Shown here one piece after another: positions 17,952 through 38,332 of a stretch of 64,000 nt of DNA. The stretch is from contig OZ037765.1 in assembly GCA_964035545.1 (NCBI GenBank), positions 20,584,995 through 20,648,994 on the forward strand, written 5' to 3'. Origin of the DNA: Bugula neritina. Taxonomy: Eukaryota; Animalia; Bryozoa. Below the pieces are notes generated by a model. That model searched no databases, was not told the DNA's origin, and saw nothing but the letters and a program-made list of their open reading frames with translations. Position 1 is the stretch's first letter. Each line of letters opens with the position of its first letter. The translations under genes were made by a program, and so were the position numbers.

Positions 17952-18829
17952 TAACATAAAGTAAATGTTTTTCTGCATTATATAAATATATACTGGAACA
18001 AATTATGCAGTTTTTAATATAATAATAATTAGTAGTTGGTAGTTTTAAAATATAAAACTTTGGGACAAAAACAGCAATATTTTTACCTTGCTTTCCAGCT
18101 TATATAAGTCAATATTAATTCAGCTGATATACATTATCTGATAAGAATCTGCTATATAATACCACTAAACTACATTAGAAACATTTACCAACATTTATTA
18201 TATTAATAGTTTTTCCAAATGAATTTTGGTCAACAAACTTTGTAATCATGATAAGATTATTATCTTATCTTATGCTGTAAGATTTTATTAGGCAATGAGG
18301 AAAAAAACTTTCAAGTATTCCGTTTGCTAATGTTAAACTGTAAAAGTGTTTTTTGGGTAAATAACTTCTTGGGAGTACTTGGTACTTAAAACATTGTTTA
18401 AACACTGGCATATGAAATACAATAATATTGTACCCCTATACTACAACTCTTCATCATTATAATACAACAGTTATTTGCAATTTTAGTTAGAATGTACATG
18501 TAGGAGAGAAAAAACACTTTAAAAATTAGGCCAAAATAACCCATTATATTTCCTACTGTCCCAGTTTTACATTCACAGCAAAAATGATGTTAGAGGAACC
18601 AAATGTAAAGATATTCAATAGGCTTAGCTATTGAATATCTTTTTTTATATAAGTCTATTGGAAATCAGTCTACTCTCACATTTATTTTTTATAAATATTA
18701 CAGTATGTTATTTTTTATCTTCTTACACGGAACTAGATAATAAATACATTTGACGAACTGTTAGATATCTTGGCCTGAATCTGCATGTTTCTCGCGACTT
18801 TAGTCTTATGACAATGTGTCATGCACAAA

Positions 18830-18978
18830 GTCACTGATAAGAGCACATGATAAAGACTGGTGATAAGCATATACAATGCCTATAATACTAAGCATATGAA
18901 AACTTCAGTTGGAGTAGGTTAGCTAAGTCAATGATTCAACACTGAATCATAAGTTTAGATTATTTTATTTCTGGAAAG
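18830..18978 (+). promoter_or_regulatory. Candidate promoter and non-coding first exon of SLC15 copy B (GATA cluster plus TATA-like box)
   Basis: Three TGATAA sites within about 35 bp (18835-18866), tataat at 18881 and a strong donor aag|gtaagt at 18979. The acceptor at 21087 lies just before the ATG. Confidence 0.45.
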
Positions 18979-19469
18979 GTAAGTGTTCATTTTTTTATAT
19001 TCAAGTAGCCTTAAAGTAGCAGTTCACAAAAACATGAGTTGAAAACATACTGGGAAAGTAGTAAATCTAGAGAATGCTACCTTGCATTCAATTGAGCACA
19101 ACTTTTGTCTTGTCAGTAGATTTTCTTAGTTTGTTACTTTTGAATGATAATATGAGATGCAAGTCTTCTTTGTTTTTTTTAATTAAAATGAGTTATGTAT
19201 TGCTGAGTTTAAGAACAAGTGGTTACGAAGATACAACTTAATAAATGTGCAACATGTGATGCCTAACAAAACGTGTTCCTTGAAGATTTTTCTCTCAATT
19301 GGAGTATGCTGCAAACACAAGTAACAGCTAATCAACTTTTTCAATGTATTTCCCAAGTGAGTTTAGATGAAGTTTAAGCTGTCTATATATAAGCTTTACA
19401 CGCATACATTTTATGGAGTTGATTATAATTTAAAGTATAAATTGTAGTGAATTTTGCCAGTTCACTATT

Positions 19470-19767
19470 ATTATGTGTGGGTCAACTTAGACAAAGCCAC
19501 TGCACCAGGTTGTTTACGATAAGATACACTTTATTATTTACACAAATACAAGAAGGTTATTTACTGCTAGCATGAATAGAAAACGATTACATAATTAGTG
19601 AGCTTTAATACACAACTACTCTAAATGAAGTCCCAAGCTGCTCTGCCGGCTAGCTACTCAGCGCACTGCAACTACGAGTAGCTAGCTCCACCTGCTATCA
19701 ATTAGTGTGACTGTCCTGATTGGTGGTTACTAGTGGTGCCACTGCTGTCCATAGCTACACTCCGACA
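19470..19767 (-). mobile_element. Possible solo LTR in SLC15 copy B 5' intron
   Basis: On the minus strand it starts TGTCGG, carries CCAAT, a TATA-like and an AATAAA motif in order, and has higher GC than the flanks. No TSD found. Confidence 0.3.
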
Positions 19768-20390
19768 GTGTCGAACTCACAAGATGATAAACAATATGAA
19801 GTGAACCTTTTCGATTAATACAATAGTACTTGCACCACTAAAATCTACCACAAAATGACCTATAAGGATGATGGTCCAATCGAATGTTTTCAAAACCTGG
19901 TTCCTGATCATTTTGAAAATTATTTCGTTAAACTTGATATGTTGGTATGTGTGAACTACATTTTAGTTCAAATATACCTTTATAAGTCCGATGAATTAGA
20001 CAAGTTTTTCAAAATTGAAATTTTTATACAAGGGTAAGTAAATGTAATTTGGTTTTACACTATCGATGAATTTGACCAATGTGCGTATTTTACTATACCT
20101 ATGCTTGATAATAAGGGATATGTGTAAATTAGAACTTGTTGTCTGGCAAGTTCGCAGTTTAAAAAATGTAATAGTATAAAACCTGTGTATTTTCTCCAAT
20201 ATAATAAAGTTTTCTGATAGAAAAATTTTCTAAGTAAAGTATTATTAATTTCATAAGATTGCTAGATTGTCAACATTTCATAATTTCATATTTATATATA
20301 AGTTTTGTTTGTATGACTCAACAAGACCTGAAGTACGATATGATTGTGAAGGGCCTTATATTAAGAAATTTTGACACCCTACTACTATAT

Positions 20391-20440
20391 AGTGTGTGCG
20401 TGCGTGCGTGCGTGAGTGCGTGTGTGCGTGTGTGAGTGTG
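20391..20440. repeat. (GT)/(GTGC) microsatellite
   Basis: Seen directly in sequence. Confidence 0.9.
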
Positions 20441-21094
20441 TCTGCATCATACAAGTCATTCACATTCAAGATAGCATAGATAGCCTTTTATTTCATAACT
20501 GCAGAAAAGTATTTATAACTAAGCTACTAATTATTATTATACTTATTCGGTTGATATATGTACAAGAAATAACATATTTTATTGTTTCGATCATACTTTT
20601 CAAACATTGAATACATTAAGTACTATCTAAAGAATTATCCACTGCTTTAAGCCTGTGATAAAACATATCATTTGTTTTTGGCACTTTTACTTCCTTATTC
20701 GTGCTGCCTATTCTGTTGCAAAAGTTATATTTATGCATGTAAATAGGTATTTATGCATCTTAAAACATGTTTATCTTTAAATACTGTGAATGTGTAAAAC
20801 AGTTTTCAAATGCATAATCATTTATCTTTTTCTATTAATCAATCTCAAGTGTTATTGCTAGTACCAGTGAAATTTTTTCCTTGCAATCAGGTTTTTGTCA
20901 ATTTATTGATATTCGCTAACTTGGCGGCGTTACTCTTCTTTTAGTTCTGTTTCAAACAGCATGCACTTGAACTATATGTAACATAAAAGTAAGGCTACTA
21001 CTACTCTTGCTATAGCAGTAGCAATGTTAGTTTTGCTAAAAACTTCTCATTATTCATGTGTGTTCAGTTGTTCTACTTGTGTTTCAGGTTAGAA

Positions 21095-24000
21095 ATGGAA
21101 CCTTTAATTATTACACTAAAGAAGAAGAAAGAGCCAATTATTATCACTCCAACGCAGCAGACATACTTGGCATGTGCAACCATTTTAGTAGCAGTTGCTC
21201 TGGAAAGACTGGCATGCTTTAGTTTATCAGGGAATCTTATAGTCTTTTTGACCAAATATCCACTCTGTTTTTCAGAGCAGCTAGCAACCAATCTACAAAT
21301 TATCTTCAATATAATGGTTTGTGGTATAGGAATCTTTGGTGGTTGGATATCAGACAGTTACATATCTAGATATGCTATAATCATAGCTGGTTATATAGTA
21401 TATATTATTGGATACATATTATTAGTCATTGTATCATATAATCTCCCTAAAGAAGGGGGAGGAACTGGAGAAGTATGCCAGAAGTCTGTGAATAGCTTAG
21501 TGCCCCTAAATCTTGCTGACATTCCTACTGAGTATGTACCGCACTGTTATGCTATCACTGCTGCATTGTTCATTATCCCTTTGGCAGCAGGGGTAGTGAA
21601 CACCAACTTGGCTCCTTTTGGTGGAGACCAGGTGAATACTTCTATCTTAAAACATTTTTTATTTCTGAAAATTCTTGAACACTTTGTTTTAAACAAAATT
21701 ATGATTCACCACTCTTTTCCTTGCAGGGTCTAACTGCTTTATTTGCCATTTTTTGTTCCTCAGATTCGAGGTCAAGAAGTTGCTGCAACACAGAAATTTT
21801 TTACCTGGTATTACCTTTCAGTGAACGTTGGAACTTTCATAGCTCACACCGGAGTAGGAGTGCTGCAGCAGACTAGTTTTGCAGCAGGATATTTAGTAGC
21901 ATTAGTAGCATTACTATGCAGCTTTTTCTCATACCTCGCAGGTAATCGAGTGTCTCATTGATATAATGCTAATTTGTTGTGTGCATTTACTTATAAGTTA
22001 CTAAAACTGATTTTATAGTTTTGCAATGAGTTGCATGTTTATATATTGAATAGCGCAATAATAATATTGTGTTATCTACATATTATTAGTATAAACATCA
22101 TTGTAAAACTTAAACATCAGCTTTTAGTGACTTATAAACAATATTATTTACCAAACCTTTAAATTGAGTTGAAAATATAGCAACACTGCTAACACTGAAA
22201 TAGCACATGGAAGGCATATGCATGTAGCTGTTTAGTTTGAATTATTAAAGCATGCAGCTTGATAATATATTTGGCCAATTTATCAACAATATTTTTAATA
22301 GATTTTTTCACAGGGGAGCAGTACTGAGCATCAGAGAGGGAATTGTTGCTAAATTTTAAGAATTATCAACTTTTTATTCTCAATCTAAAATTGAAATTGT
22401 TGCTTTGGTGGGTTTTTTCAAAACTGAACAGTTAACACCCTTTTAAAATGGGAATGAGAACTTTTTTTATGATATCAAGTATGCATAGATTTAATATCTT
22501 ACAAGTATATAGTATTTGCTTCAAGTATTACTACTTACAGTCATGTTACCTGTTGTTAGTATAAGATTAAATGTTTTAGGAACAAAAGTGTATAACAGAA
22601 GATATGCTGGGCACATGAATATTTTGAGAAGAATTTTCAAAGCAGTAAACAATGCTAGAAAAGTGAGAAAATGTTCACTAAGGTGATACTAAGTAAATAA
22701 TTGTGCAGATATTGGCATCTAGTTGATCTATTACTTCAGTAAAAGTTTCATGTGTTTTTTAATGGTTAAAAATAGTGAAACATTTTTGTAATTTCATCAT
22801 TTGTCAACCCTAAAGTGTGGTGAGTGTTTTAATTCCTGTTGTCTTTTAAAATTTAAAAAATAGTTTTAGTCTAATATTTAAGCAGAAATAAAAAAAACTA
22901 AATCTATGATTTAGAGCATCCTAGAAACAATTTACCTTTCTAAATTGCTTTGTCTGTAGTAATGTTTCAAGCAGATAAACATACATAAGATATTTGTTGC
23001 ATGTCAAGTTGTAATGTTTATAGAAGCTATGAGAGCAGCTTGTCCTATATAGATTATGCTGATATGGACAATGGTGGTGACTTCAGTGCAGGATTTGTAG
23101 AAGACATCAAGAACATAGGAAGAATGTGCAGAGTGTTTCTGTTGATGATCCCTTACTGGATGTGCTACAGTCAGGTGTGAATCACTTTACCATGTAGGCT
23201 GTGGAGTGATGGGATGAGCACAAAAAGCTGTTTTAGGCAAACTTTTAGTTTCAAATAATTCTAGAGGATATTTATAACAAAAAGAAATACAGCTGAAGAA
23301 AGCTAGAATTTTGGTTGAAATTCTATGACAAGTTGAATAATTTCAGACTGAATATATCTTTACAGATGCTTGGAGGTCTTTTCTTGCTTCAAGGACTGCA
23401 TATGAATGCCGATTTACACGTCAACTACACGTGTATCTCAGGTGACCTCAACAAGTGTTCCAATATCAGCCAGTTACCAATGATCGGAGGGTGCAATTCT
23501 TCTCAAGGTGCTGTCAGCTCAGATAACAATGAAACACCTACAGTGAGTTATTTTGCAAAACAAACATTTTGTAACAAACTTATTTTTTTTGCTTTTAATC
23601 GAAATCGAAAGATGCTGAATCAAAAGTTTAACTATAGTTGCTGGGAGCCTTTTGAAGTACTATTCTTCTTTGTAGGTTTCTGCAACAACATTGGCTATGT
23701 TCAATGGTGTGTGCATTATCCTGGGTTTACCCATTGCACAGAAATTATATAATAAACTTTTCTCCTATGGAAAAGAAATCAAAATATGGCATAGATTAAC
23801 CATTGGAATCATTCTTGCTGCTTTTGCAATATTTATAGCTGGTGGAATAGAAACAGTTAGATTGCATGACATTTGTCATTGTGGAATTCATCGCCATAAT
23901 AAAGGTAGGCTATCACTACAGGATATTATGTCCTATATACAAAACATATTATAGTGTCATCATCAATGTGAGAAAACTCCTGATAAAAGGGGTTTTTGTT

Positions 24001-25664
24001 AATTCAGGCTAAGGACTTATTCAAATGGGGCACAGGAGCAATTATGACTGGATGCTTTTCCTAACGCCACCAATGGCCTTTGTCGGCTTGAACCCATGAG
24101 TTCGTGCTTACAAAGCAAACGCTATAACCCTTAGACCATGGCTGCTCTCTGTTACTTCACTACAACAAATCATGGCAAGCATATATAAGGAATTTTCAAC
24201 ATTTTATAATTTGCAATTTATTTAGGGCTAAGTTTGCATTTTACAATAACCATTGTTACTTCTCTACAATAATTATTGTAGAGAAGTAACAACAATTATT
24301 GTAAAATGCAAATTTAACCCTAAATAAAGCACAAATTATAAAATGTTGGAAATTCCTTATATGCTTTCCATGATTTATATAGCAGCAAACACTAATTACT
24401 AGAGCAAAGCAGATAGCATCTGGGAAAAATGATGGGGGGGAGGAAATCCTGGAAATCTGATCACAAAATGGAAATACCAAAACAAATACCAATATATACT
24501 AATAGTGAAACCACACTATACACTGGATCAGCACCAATTTGTGCCCATGTGGTTCACAGCTACTGTAATAGCTGCTTAATTTTGTTATTATACGCTTGAA
24601 CTGATTAGGTTAGGCAGTATGCTCTACAAGATAAGCAAATATAAGAGAATGACAGCACAATAGCAATAAATTGAAGCCTATAATATATAGTAATACATAT
24701 ATTGAGGTGTATATATAAATGGTACACCAATCTGGCTGGAAATTTTTAATAAATACTCAATTTTCTTCAGAGAAAAAACTTTTTAGGTTAGGACAGTTAT
24801 TTGCTCGTTTTTGTTATATTTAGTTTAAAATAAAAGGAAAATAAATATAACTGAAAAAGAAAGACATTGCTGACAAAGCTCTATGGCGCAATAGTACTGC
24901 ATCCAGTAGAGGGGCACAAGCCATTATCGAAATGCATGTCAAGTTGCTTATCATTTATCCCCTCTTTTAGATAAAACTTTGTCTTATTCTGCTCCATCTC
25001 TTTCAATATGGTGCCAAACTCCTCAATATGCTATAATAGGAGTCAGTGAAATCTTCTTTATTGCCACAGGTGAGTTTTAGTTTAAAATCACATTTATTAT
25101 TATTGATGTTTGCATGCACCCAGGTAGGTGCAGCAATGGAGAATTTGAGAAAAGCCTGTGTTCTAGATTTAAAATGTGCCAAAAGAAGTTATCTTTTCAC
25201 AGAAACTTCAACATGCGGCCCAAACCCAAATTTAATAATAAAACCAAGTAACTTAGGCTATTTCAAATTCTCTACTACTGCCCTTAAATGGTTTGACATT
25301 GAATAGAGTAATGGAATATACTACTCTAACTTTACATATTATGAATTTACCTGTATTTCATCTTGTAGCCTTAGAGTATACATACATAACAGCACCAATG
25401 AACATGCAGGGATTAATGACAGGCTTGCTATGGTTTGTGACGGGTGGTGTTGGCTCTCTCCTAGGACTCGCCCTTCCCAAGATATTTACTGGATTCAACA
25501 TCTGGAATGATTCACTTGACATCAACTGCACAAGGCTAGACTACTACTTCTATGGACTTTCTGTGCTGCTAGCAATATACTCAGTAGTCTTTGTCATCAT
25601 TTCAAAGTCTTGCAACCTGCAAATTGGCAGAATAAGACAGACAAGAGAATTGATTAGTAATTAA
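21095..25664 (+). CDS. SLC15A4-like oligopeptide transporter, tandem copy B, ~589 aa
   Basis: Exons 21095-21631, 21764-21941, 22580-22682, 23024-23174, 23366-23542, 23676-23904, 24971-25069 and 25369-25664 (1770 nt, in frame). Same intron positions and phases as copy A. Confidence 0.92.
23950..24150 (-). mobile_element. tRNA-derived SINE, copy 1 (most diverged)
   Basis: Aligns with the copies at 33755 and 37981 (gcacaggagcaattatgactggatgc...ctagaccatggctgctc). Confidence 0.85.
24167..24376. repeat. ~210-bp spacer-less imperfect palindrome (foldback)
   Basis: Centre ttacttctctacaataattattgtagagaagtaa. Arms match out to aaatcatgg / ccatgattt. Confidence 0.9.
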
Positions 25665-28491
25665 ATAAGGTTTTGGCAAAATTAAACTTAAATAAAAAAC
25701 ACCATTACATGCTTTAGTATATAAGTTATATGTAATAATATCATAGCTATGAATATTTCACAATATCTGTGATGATAAGTGCTTTAATGCAGTTGTTTTA
25801 TAAGTTGCTCAACAGTTTTATGCTTTAAATATAAATACTTTATAAGCATGTTATACACAAGACATGGTTTATAGTAGCCATGCTACTTTAGTGTTGTTGT
25901 ACCCTGAGGGTAGCTATACATCAAAGTTTAGCTCCGACTAATGGGGGTGGGGTGAGGAAAGACCCATCTTGCTTATTGGGTCCTGTTACAGAGCAGGAGA
26001 ATTTACAAAAACACCAACAATATGAGAGCTGCAGCAAATATAGGAATAAGTTTATTTAGGGTACCTTTTCCCACTGACAATATATGTATTATGTCAATAA
26101 TGGACATCTCTTCTTACAAAAAGCTATCAGCTATACTCTAATACTTTCGAGCAGTCCATCAGCATCAAATGTTGACTGAGACACTTCCAGGAAATTAAAG
26201 TTTTGTGTTAGCCTGTTTGTGCTTTGACATAAACAGAGCAGAAAAACATACAGAAAAATATATACTCTTAGAGTGCCTAAACAACAAACTATGTTATAAA
26301 TAATTGGAACATATTCGTAAAGTTTTTAGTATATTATATATAATAAAGTTAGATAATATAACTACCATGTGTAATGATTGCTGGCATATTGAACCTAACT
26401 GATTTGGTTGTGTGTGCTTCCCCCCAACTATGAGAAAAAAATCAACAGCTTTACTGTAGGTCTGATTATTTGGGAATAATATAACTTTTGTTTACTGAAA
26501 TTTCAACATGAGAGTTGGTGAGAAAGTGATGCCTAATAATCAAAACAAGTGATGCGTTTTATGTGAACTGATTGATTGAACTTTGTTGCAGCTATGCCCA
26601 AGTTAGGGTTTAAAACTCCCAGTTTTATGACACCATTCCAAATTTTATTTATTTGGTAATTTTATTTGCTGATTTAAAACAAGCAAACTTCTCAGCCTTC
26701 AAGTTGTAAATTATCACTATGTTGAATTGTCATCACGTAAAATATTATGTATTGTATGAAATACTATTGTATAATATATGATATTCAATATTATTGCATA
26801 ATATTATTATATAAATTTGTATATAATATAAATATATATAATTCTTATATATCCATTTATACACAACATTATTGTACAATATTAATATATACATTATTAT
26901 ATAATATTATTAGATAATAAAATGATTTTTTTACTGATTAGTTAATATCACAGCAATCTATATGATGAAACCACTTTTCAGTTCAGCATAAACTACATAT
27001 TATTGGAAGCACTTGGTGATTTTGAATTGAATACTTTGTGAATATTTTGATCAAAAGCAAGTGATATTAATTTGACATGAGATTACTATCACCTAACACA
27101 ATCATATCTGTTATTATGTCTAAATAAAGCCTAGAAATATTTAAAACATAATGTTAGATATAATGTGATATTCAAGTAATAAATAATACCACAGCTATAT
27201 ATAGCTTCACAATGCAACTGTGCTTAGACCAGATGTGTGGAAGTATCCCAAGTTTCATAGTTTAAATCCCATATCACAGCTTACATTAATCAGATTCAAC
27301 CATCAATGTGCAGCTATATTGTAAAACTTACATAATTTAGGTTTTAATAGGTTTATTTTGTGCTACAACTGCAAACCGCCTTTGAGTTATGAGCAGCTGT
27401 ATTGCTTTTAGTTACATGGAGGTTTTCACAGTTCACTCAGATATACTGATATTAAGTAGGCTATCTCTTATTCATGGCTATCAATATTAATTGTATATTA
27501 TAGTCGCCAATATATTTTGTTGGGTAGCTTCTTCAAGCTTAGAATTGTCTTCTCCGAAATATTATAGCGCGCTGTTCTATTCCAACTGTTTTTAGTCAAC
27601 ATTTGTGCAGCGTGATCTATTCAACTTTAACCCTTTTCATTTGTGGAAACAAAGTTTGCTGAGACTAACAAAATTCATGTATCACCAAATTGCTTAACAT
27701 ACAAAGGCTATTATTTCAAACTTGCTTTTTTCTTGCATAATGCAATACAAAAAATATATATTTTGCACCATATTTCTAACTACAGCACTCAAACATACTT
27801 CTTAAGGATAAATATACACCAACTAAAAATAATAAATGATGGAAAAGACCTTCAGAAAAAATGTGGGACTTATTCTAGATGCTCACTATTAACTACTGCA
27901 AACAAGACTTACAAAAAGTACGATGAAAGTATTGTGATACCAGCATGGAAGTTTAAATAGACGACCCAGCATAAAGCTTATAGCACAATGAAAGAACATC
28001 TGAGACTAAATGAAGCAACACCGTATTGTAGTTTTGGTAAAGCAAGCAAGCAAGCTCATACATAGTGGAAAACAACGAAGCAGCTGTTATGACTTCAACA
28101 AACTTTCTTGAAGCAAACTGCCTAAAAAAGTTTAGTATGCAAACTAAAAAGAATAAAAAAGATATAAACCACTTCTAAAATTCATATTCTATACTTTTGA
28201 TAACTAACTTAAAAGTCAAGGTCAATATTTGCATTTGATAAGTTTATTTTTTCCTAATTGCATAAACTTTATGCATTAAAGGCATTCAACTCATTTTAAA
28301 AATCTTATATAATGTCAAAGTTGTTTCATAAAAAACAAGAACAAAATATAACATAAATAATTAGGGATTTAAACTATTGAAATGAATAATATAACATCTT
28401 AGTAAAAGAACTAAAACATTATTATTCATTGCAAGAAATATTATGCCTAGGTGAGATTGCCAATGAAGTTTCCGTGAATATCTTTAACTTG

Positions 28492-35171
<6,680 letters not shown>

Positions 35172-35254
35172 AATACCTACAAGTCTTATCAAGTATAACA
35201 AAAACAATGTACTTATAGAGCCTACATTATTATGCAAAAGTCATTAGTTTCACC

Positions 35255-36050
35255 TTTAGTATTTTTGTAAAATATTAGCAATACTATTACGGTCAGTATT
35301 AGTAAAACTTCTCAACTATATCTATTGGTAAATTTAGCATGAGTGCTATCAACACCGATGACCATAGTGTTAGTGGTAGTAAATAGGATTCTCACAATGT
35401 CATACCCATACTGATACTCATACTACGTTTTACTAACTTCAAAGCAATTTTTACTGAGGGCCTAGGAGCTAGGCCGTTTGCTTAGCCATACAGATATTCA
35501 ATATGATTATTCGTTATTACTTATACTTATAGTAAACTTTTACTTATAGTTATACTATTGCTATTAGTATAACTAAGTTATTATAACTAGTATTAGTATT
35601 AATACTAGTATTACCATTACTATAACTATTAGTATTAGGCTTGGCTTGGCTATAGGCAGAGCCCATAAGACTAAGCTTAAGACTAGCTGACAGTAAATAT
35701 AAGCACTACACTCCCTAAATTATATTTTATTACAATCATTACTAGAACTATAAGTATAAGTATAAGTTAAAGTTAATAAGCATGAAAATTAGTATGACGA
35801 CTGGTTATTGGTGTATTACCATTAGTATTTAATTTAGTGTTATTATTAGTAATAATGTATACGTATTTCTCACTATTGCTACTGATACTACTACTACTAC
35901 TAAGCTGAGCATTTGAATTAATAATAATATTACAGACTTCAAGCAAATGCCTATAGCTATGGGCTATGACTATGAGTATGACATTGACTATCACTATGAC
36001 TATCGTCTATGAGTATGATAATCATAATAACTTAATGAACCATGATGACG
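35255..36050. repeat. Degenerate TAN-periodic tract in CTH 5' region
   Basis: Examples: ctatgactatgagtatgacattgactatcactatgactatc; tagtattagtattaatactagtattacc. Confidence 0.85.
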
Positions 36051-36139
36051 GATCAAAAACTTCAAATTTATATAAAAATGCAAACTATCTAAAACATATG
36101 ATTAGAATTGAAAAAAATCATCCACAAATAGTGAAATAC

Positions 36140-36620
36140 AAAATGATGCATTGCGATGAGCAAGCAAAATAAAATATCAATTATAACAGCATTTGCAACA
36201 TCATCATTGTTTATATAGTCACGCTGGTACACCACGCACATATTAAAAAGACTGCTGTGATTGGAGGCAACACTATTTACGTTGGCTTTGATTGGATACT
36301 ATTGCATACCATTATTGAGGATGCGTAGATATTAAAATGCATGCATTGACTCGTTGAGATAGCTTGTAAGCGTTTAAATAAAACGCAAACGCTGCACTTT
36401 TTGTCGAAGTGTGTTTGTATTTTGCTCAATTTTATAATAGCTCGAGCTTAAAGGCTAACTTTTCTACATCAAAGTTTATTTCAACGAACCGTGAAGTTAA
36501 AATACAGAATGCGATAACAAAATGAACGTAGTAACACTAATTATAATTTCAATTATTAATAATTATTCTAAAAATAATTTGCAATTACGGCAAGTTGAAG
36601 TTCTATTTTAAATTTACGTT
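36140..36620. promoter_or_regulatory. Probable bidirectional promoter of CTH and ANKRD13C
   Basis: CpG-retaining segment between two divergent genes, with two GATTGG (reverse CCAAT) boxes at about 36259 and 36290. Confidence 0.65.
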
Positions 36621-36669
36621 TAATAGTCTATTTTGGCAGAAAAACTATTTTTTTACAAACCCAAGGCTA

Positions 36670-37105
36670 ATGATTATCAATACCATTATTAATTATAATA
36701 TTAATATCAATTATTATTGATATTATTATAAATATTATTATGATTATCATTATGATTATGATTATAATATAAATAAAGTGATTATAAATATTTATATTAA
36801 TAGTTATTATTATATAAATATAAGTATTCTAAATCTAATGAATATAATAATAGTTTTAATTTGTATATCAACAATGACAACATGAATATCAATATCAATA
36901 TGTATAACTTTTAATATGAGTTTCAATAACTGATAAGTGAATATCATCAATAACATTACCAATAACATTGTGATTAACTGTTAGTGTTGAATTTAACTTA
37001 TTTATTGATTACCTTTAAGTTTGACTATTACTATTAGTATTACTATTACTATAACTTTACTTTTAGTATAACTATAAGTTATCCAGTATAAGTATAAGTA
37101 TACCT
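36670..37105. repeat. Degenerate TAN-periodic tract in ANKRD13C 5' region
   Basis: Examples: attattatgattatcattatgattatgattataat; actattactattagtattactattactataact. Confidence 0.85.
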
Positions 37106-37577
37106 CAGATTACCTCAAATGGGGTAGAACTTCCCTGCAATCTGTGTTCAAATCTAAGCCTCTATTTAGATACATTTTTTGAACAGGTTATATATTGTCA
37201 ACAGCGTAGTATTGTTTAGTGTCTCAGTTGGTGAATAAATTTTATCTTACAAATTGACCTTGTTAGTGTTTCAATTGATTAGTTCAGGATTCTCATGTCA
37301 CGGATTGTCTGTGGTAGGAAGCTGTCAACTATATGATTATAACTGTAAGATTTACTGTTAGTGAATATGAAATTGAACCAGAATGTCTATCAAAGTATCA
37401 CTATGAGAACCAGAATTAGAATATCAATATGGATATGGAAAATCAAAATGCATATGAAGTATATAATTATACCATATGATTTTGGGCATATGGTATATCA
37501 ACATGCGCTCAACTAATAATTATTCATTTTAAGTTTTAGAAAATGAAAAATGATATTGATTAGTTAGTAATACTAAT

Positions 37578-38332
37578 GGGTGCAGATCATTTCGTGCACA
37601 AGTCGTTTCGTAACCACTTTTTCAGGTCGTTTCGTACACATCAATATAAATTAATTAAAATACATGTTTTTTGATATTTATTTACTATTTTATGTATGAG
37701 TCATACAGTACTGCTCACAAGTAACTTGCACATTTTATTTCGCTGCACGCTGCTTATTTATTATTGTGCTATGTAGATGTTGGGGGGGGGGGGGGGGGCG
37801 GGAAACTGTTTTTTAGGTTTAGATATTGTTATCAGTAGATGCCAGCACATAGTATTAATTAGTGAATATGTTTTTTTGTTTCAAAAACATGCTGGGAGAT
37901 AGAGAGCTGGGGTGCAATAAATAAGTAAACTAGTATCATTCAAGTGGTTTACTTATTTATTGCACCCCATTCAAGTGGTTAGGGAGCAGCTGGGGTCTAG
38001 GGGTTAGAGCGTTTGCCTAGTAAACACAAGGTCATGGGTTGGAGCCCTGACAAAGGCCATCGGTAATGCTAGGAAGAGCATTCAGTCATAATTACTCCTG
38101 TGCCCCATCTTAATAAGTCCTTAGCCCGCTTTAACAAAAACCCTTTCCATCAGGGGTTTCTCGCGGGGATAGCAACTATAAACTTGCGTGAGTTTTTTTA
38201 TCATTCAAGTGGTTATGCAGTGGATTAATTTGTTTTTTATTTTGTGTACGAAATGGACAGCAGTTTGTGTAGAAAACGACCATTTTGTATACGAAATGAC
38301 CGGTGTGACTTGTGTACGAAACGACAGTAACC
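37578..38332. mobile_element. Mutator-type MITE with 9-bp TSD, containing a SINE insertion
   Basis: Inverted subrepeats gtcgtttcgtacac / gtgtacgaaacgac. Flanks aatactaat (37569-37577) and gatactaat (38333-38341). Confidence 0.75.
37981..38198 (+). mobile_element. tRNA-derived SINE, copy 3, with 16-bp TSD
   Basis: Same family as copies 1 and 2. tatcattcaagtggtt occurs at 37934-37949 and 38199-38214. Confidence 0.9.

Noticed and set aside
27643-27960. 105-aa ORF between SLC15 copy B and CTH
   Set aside because: Non-ATG start, antisense to the likely CTH 3'UTR, and no recognisable protein features.
35773-36172. ORFs within TAN tracts (also 56121-56363)
   Set aside because: Low-complexity translations (MTMSMT.., YDYDH..) produced by triplet periodicity, with no splice support.
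37981-38055. tRNA gene
   Set aside because: The A/B-box-like head continues into a shared ~140-bp body in three dispersed copies, two of them with TSDs. This is a SINE, not a tRNA.
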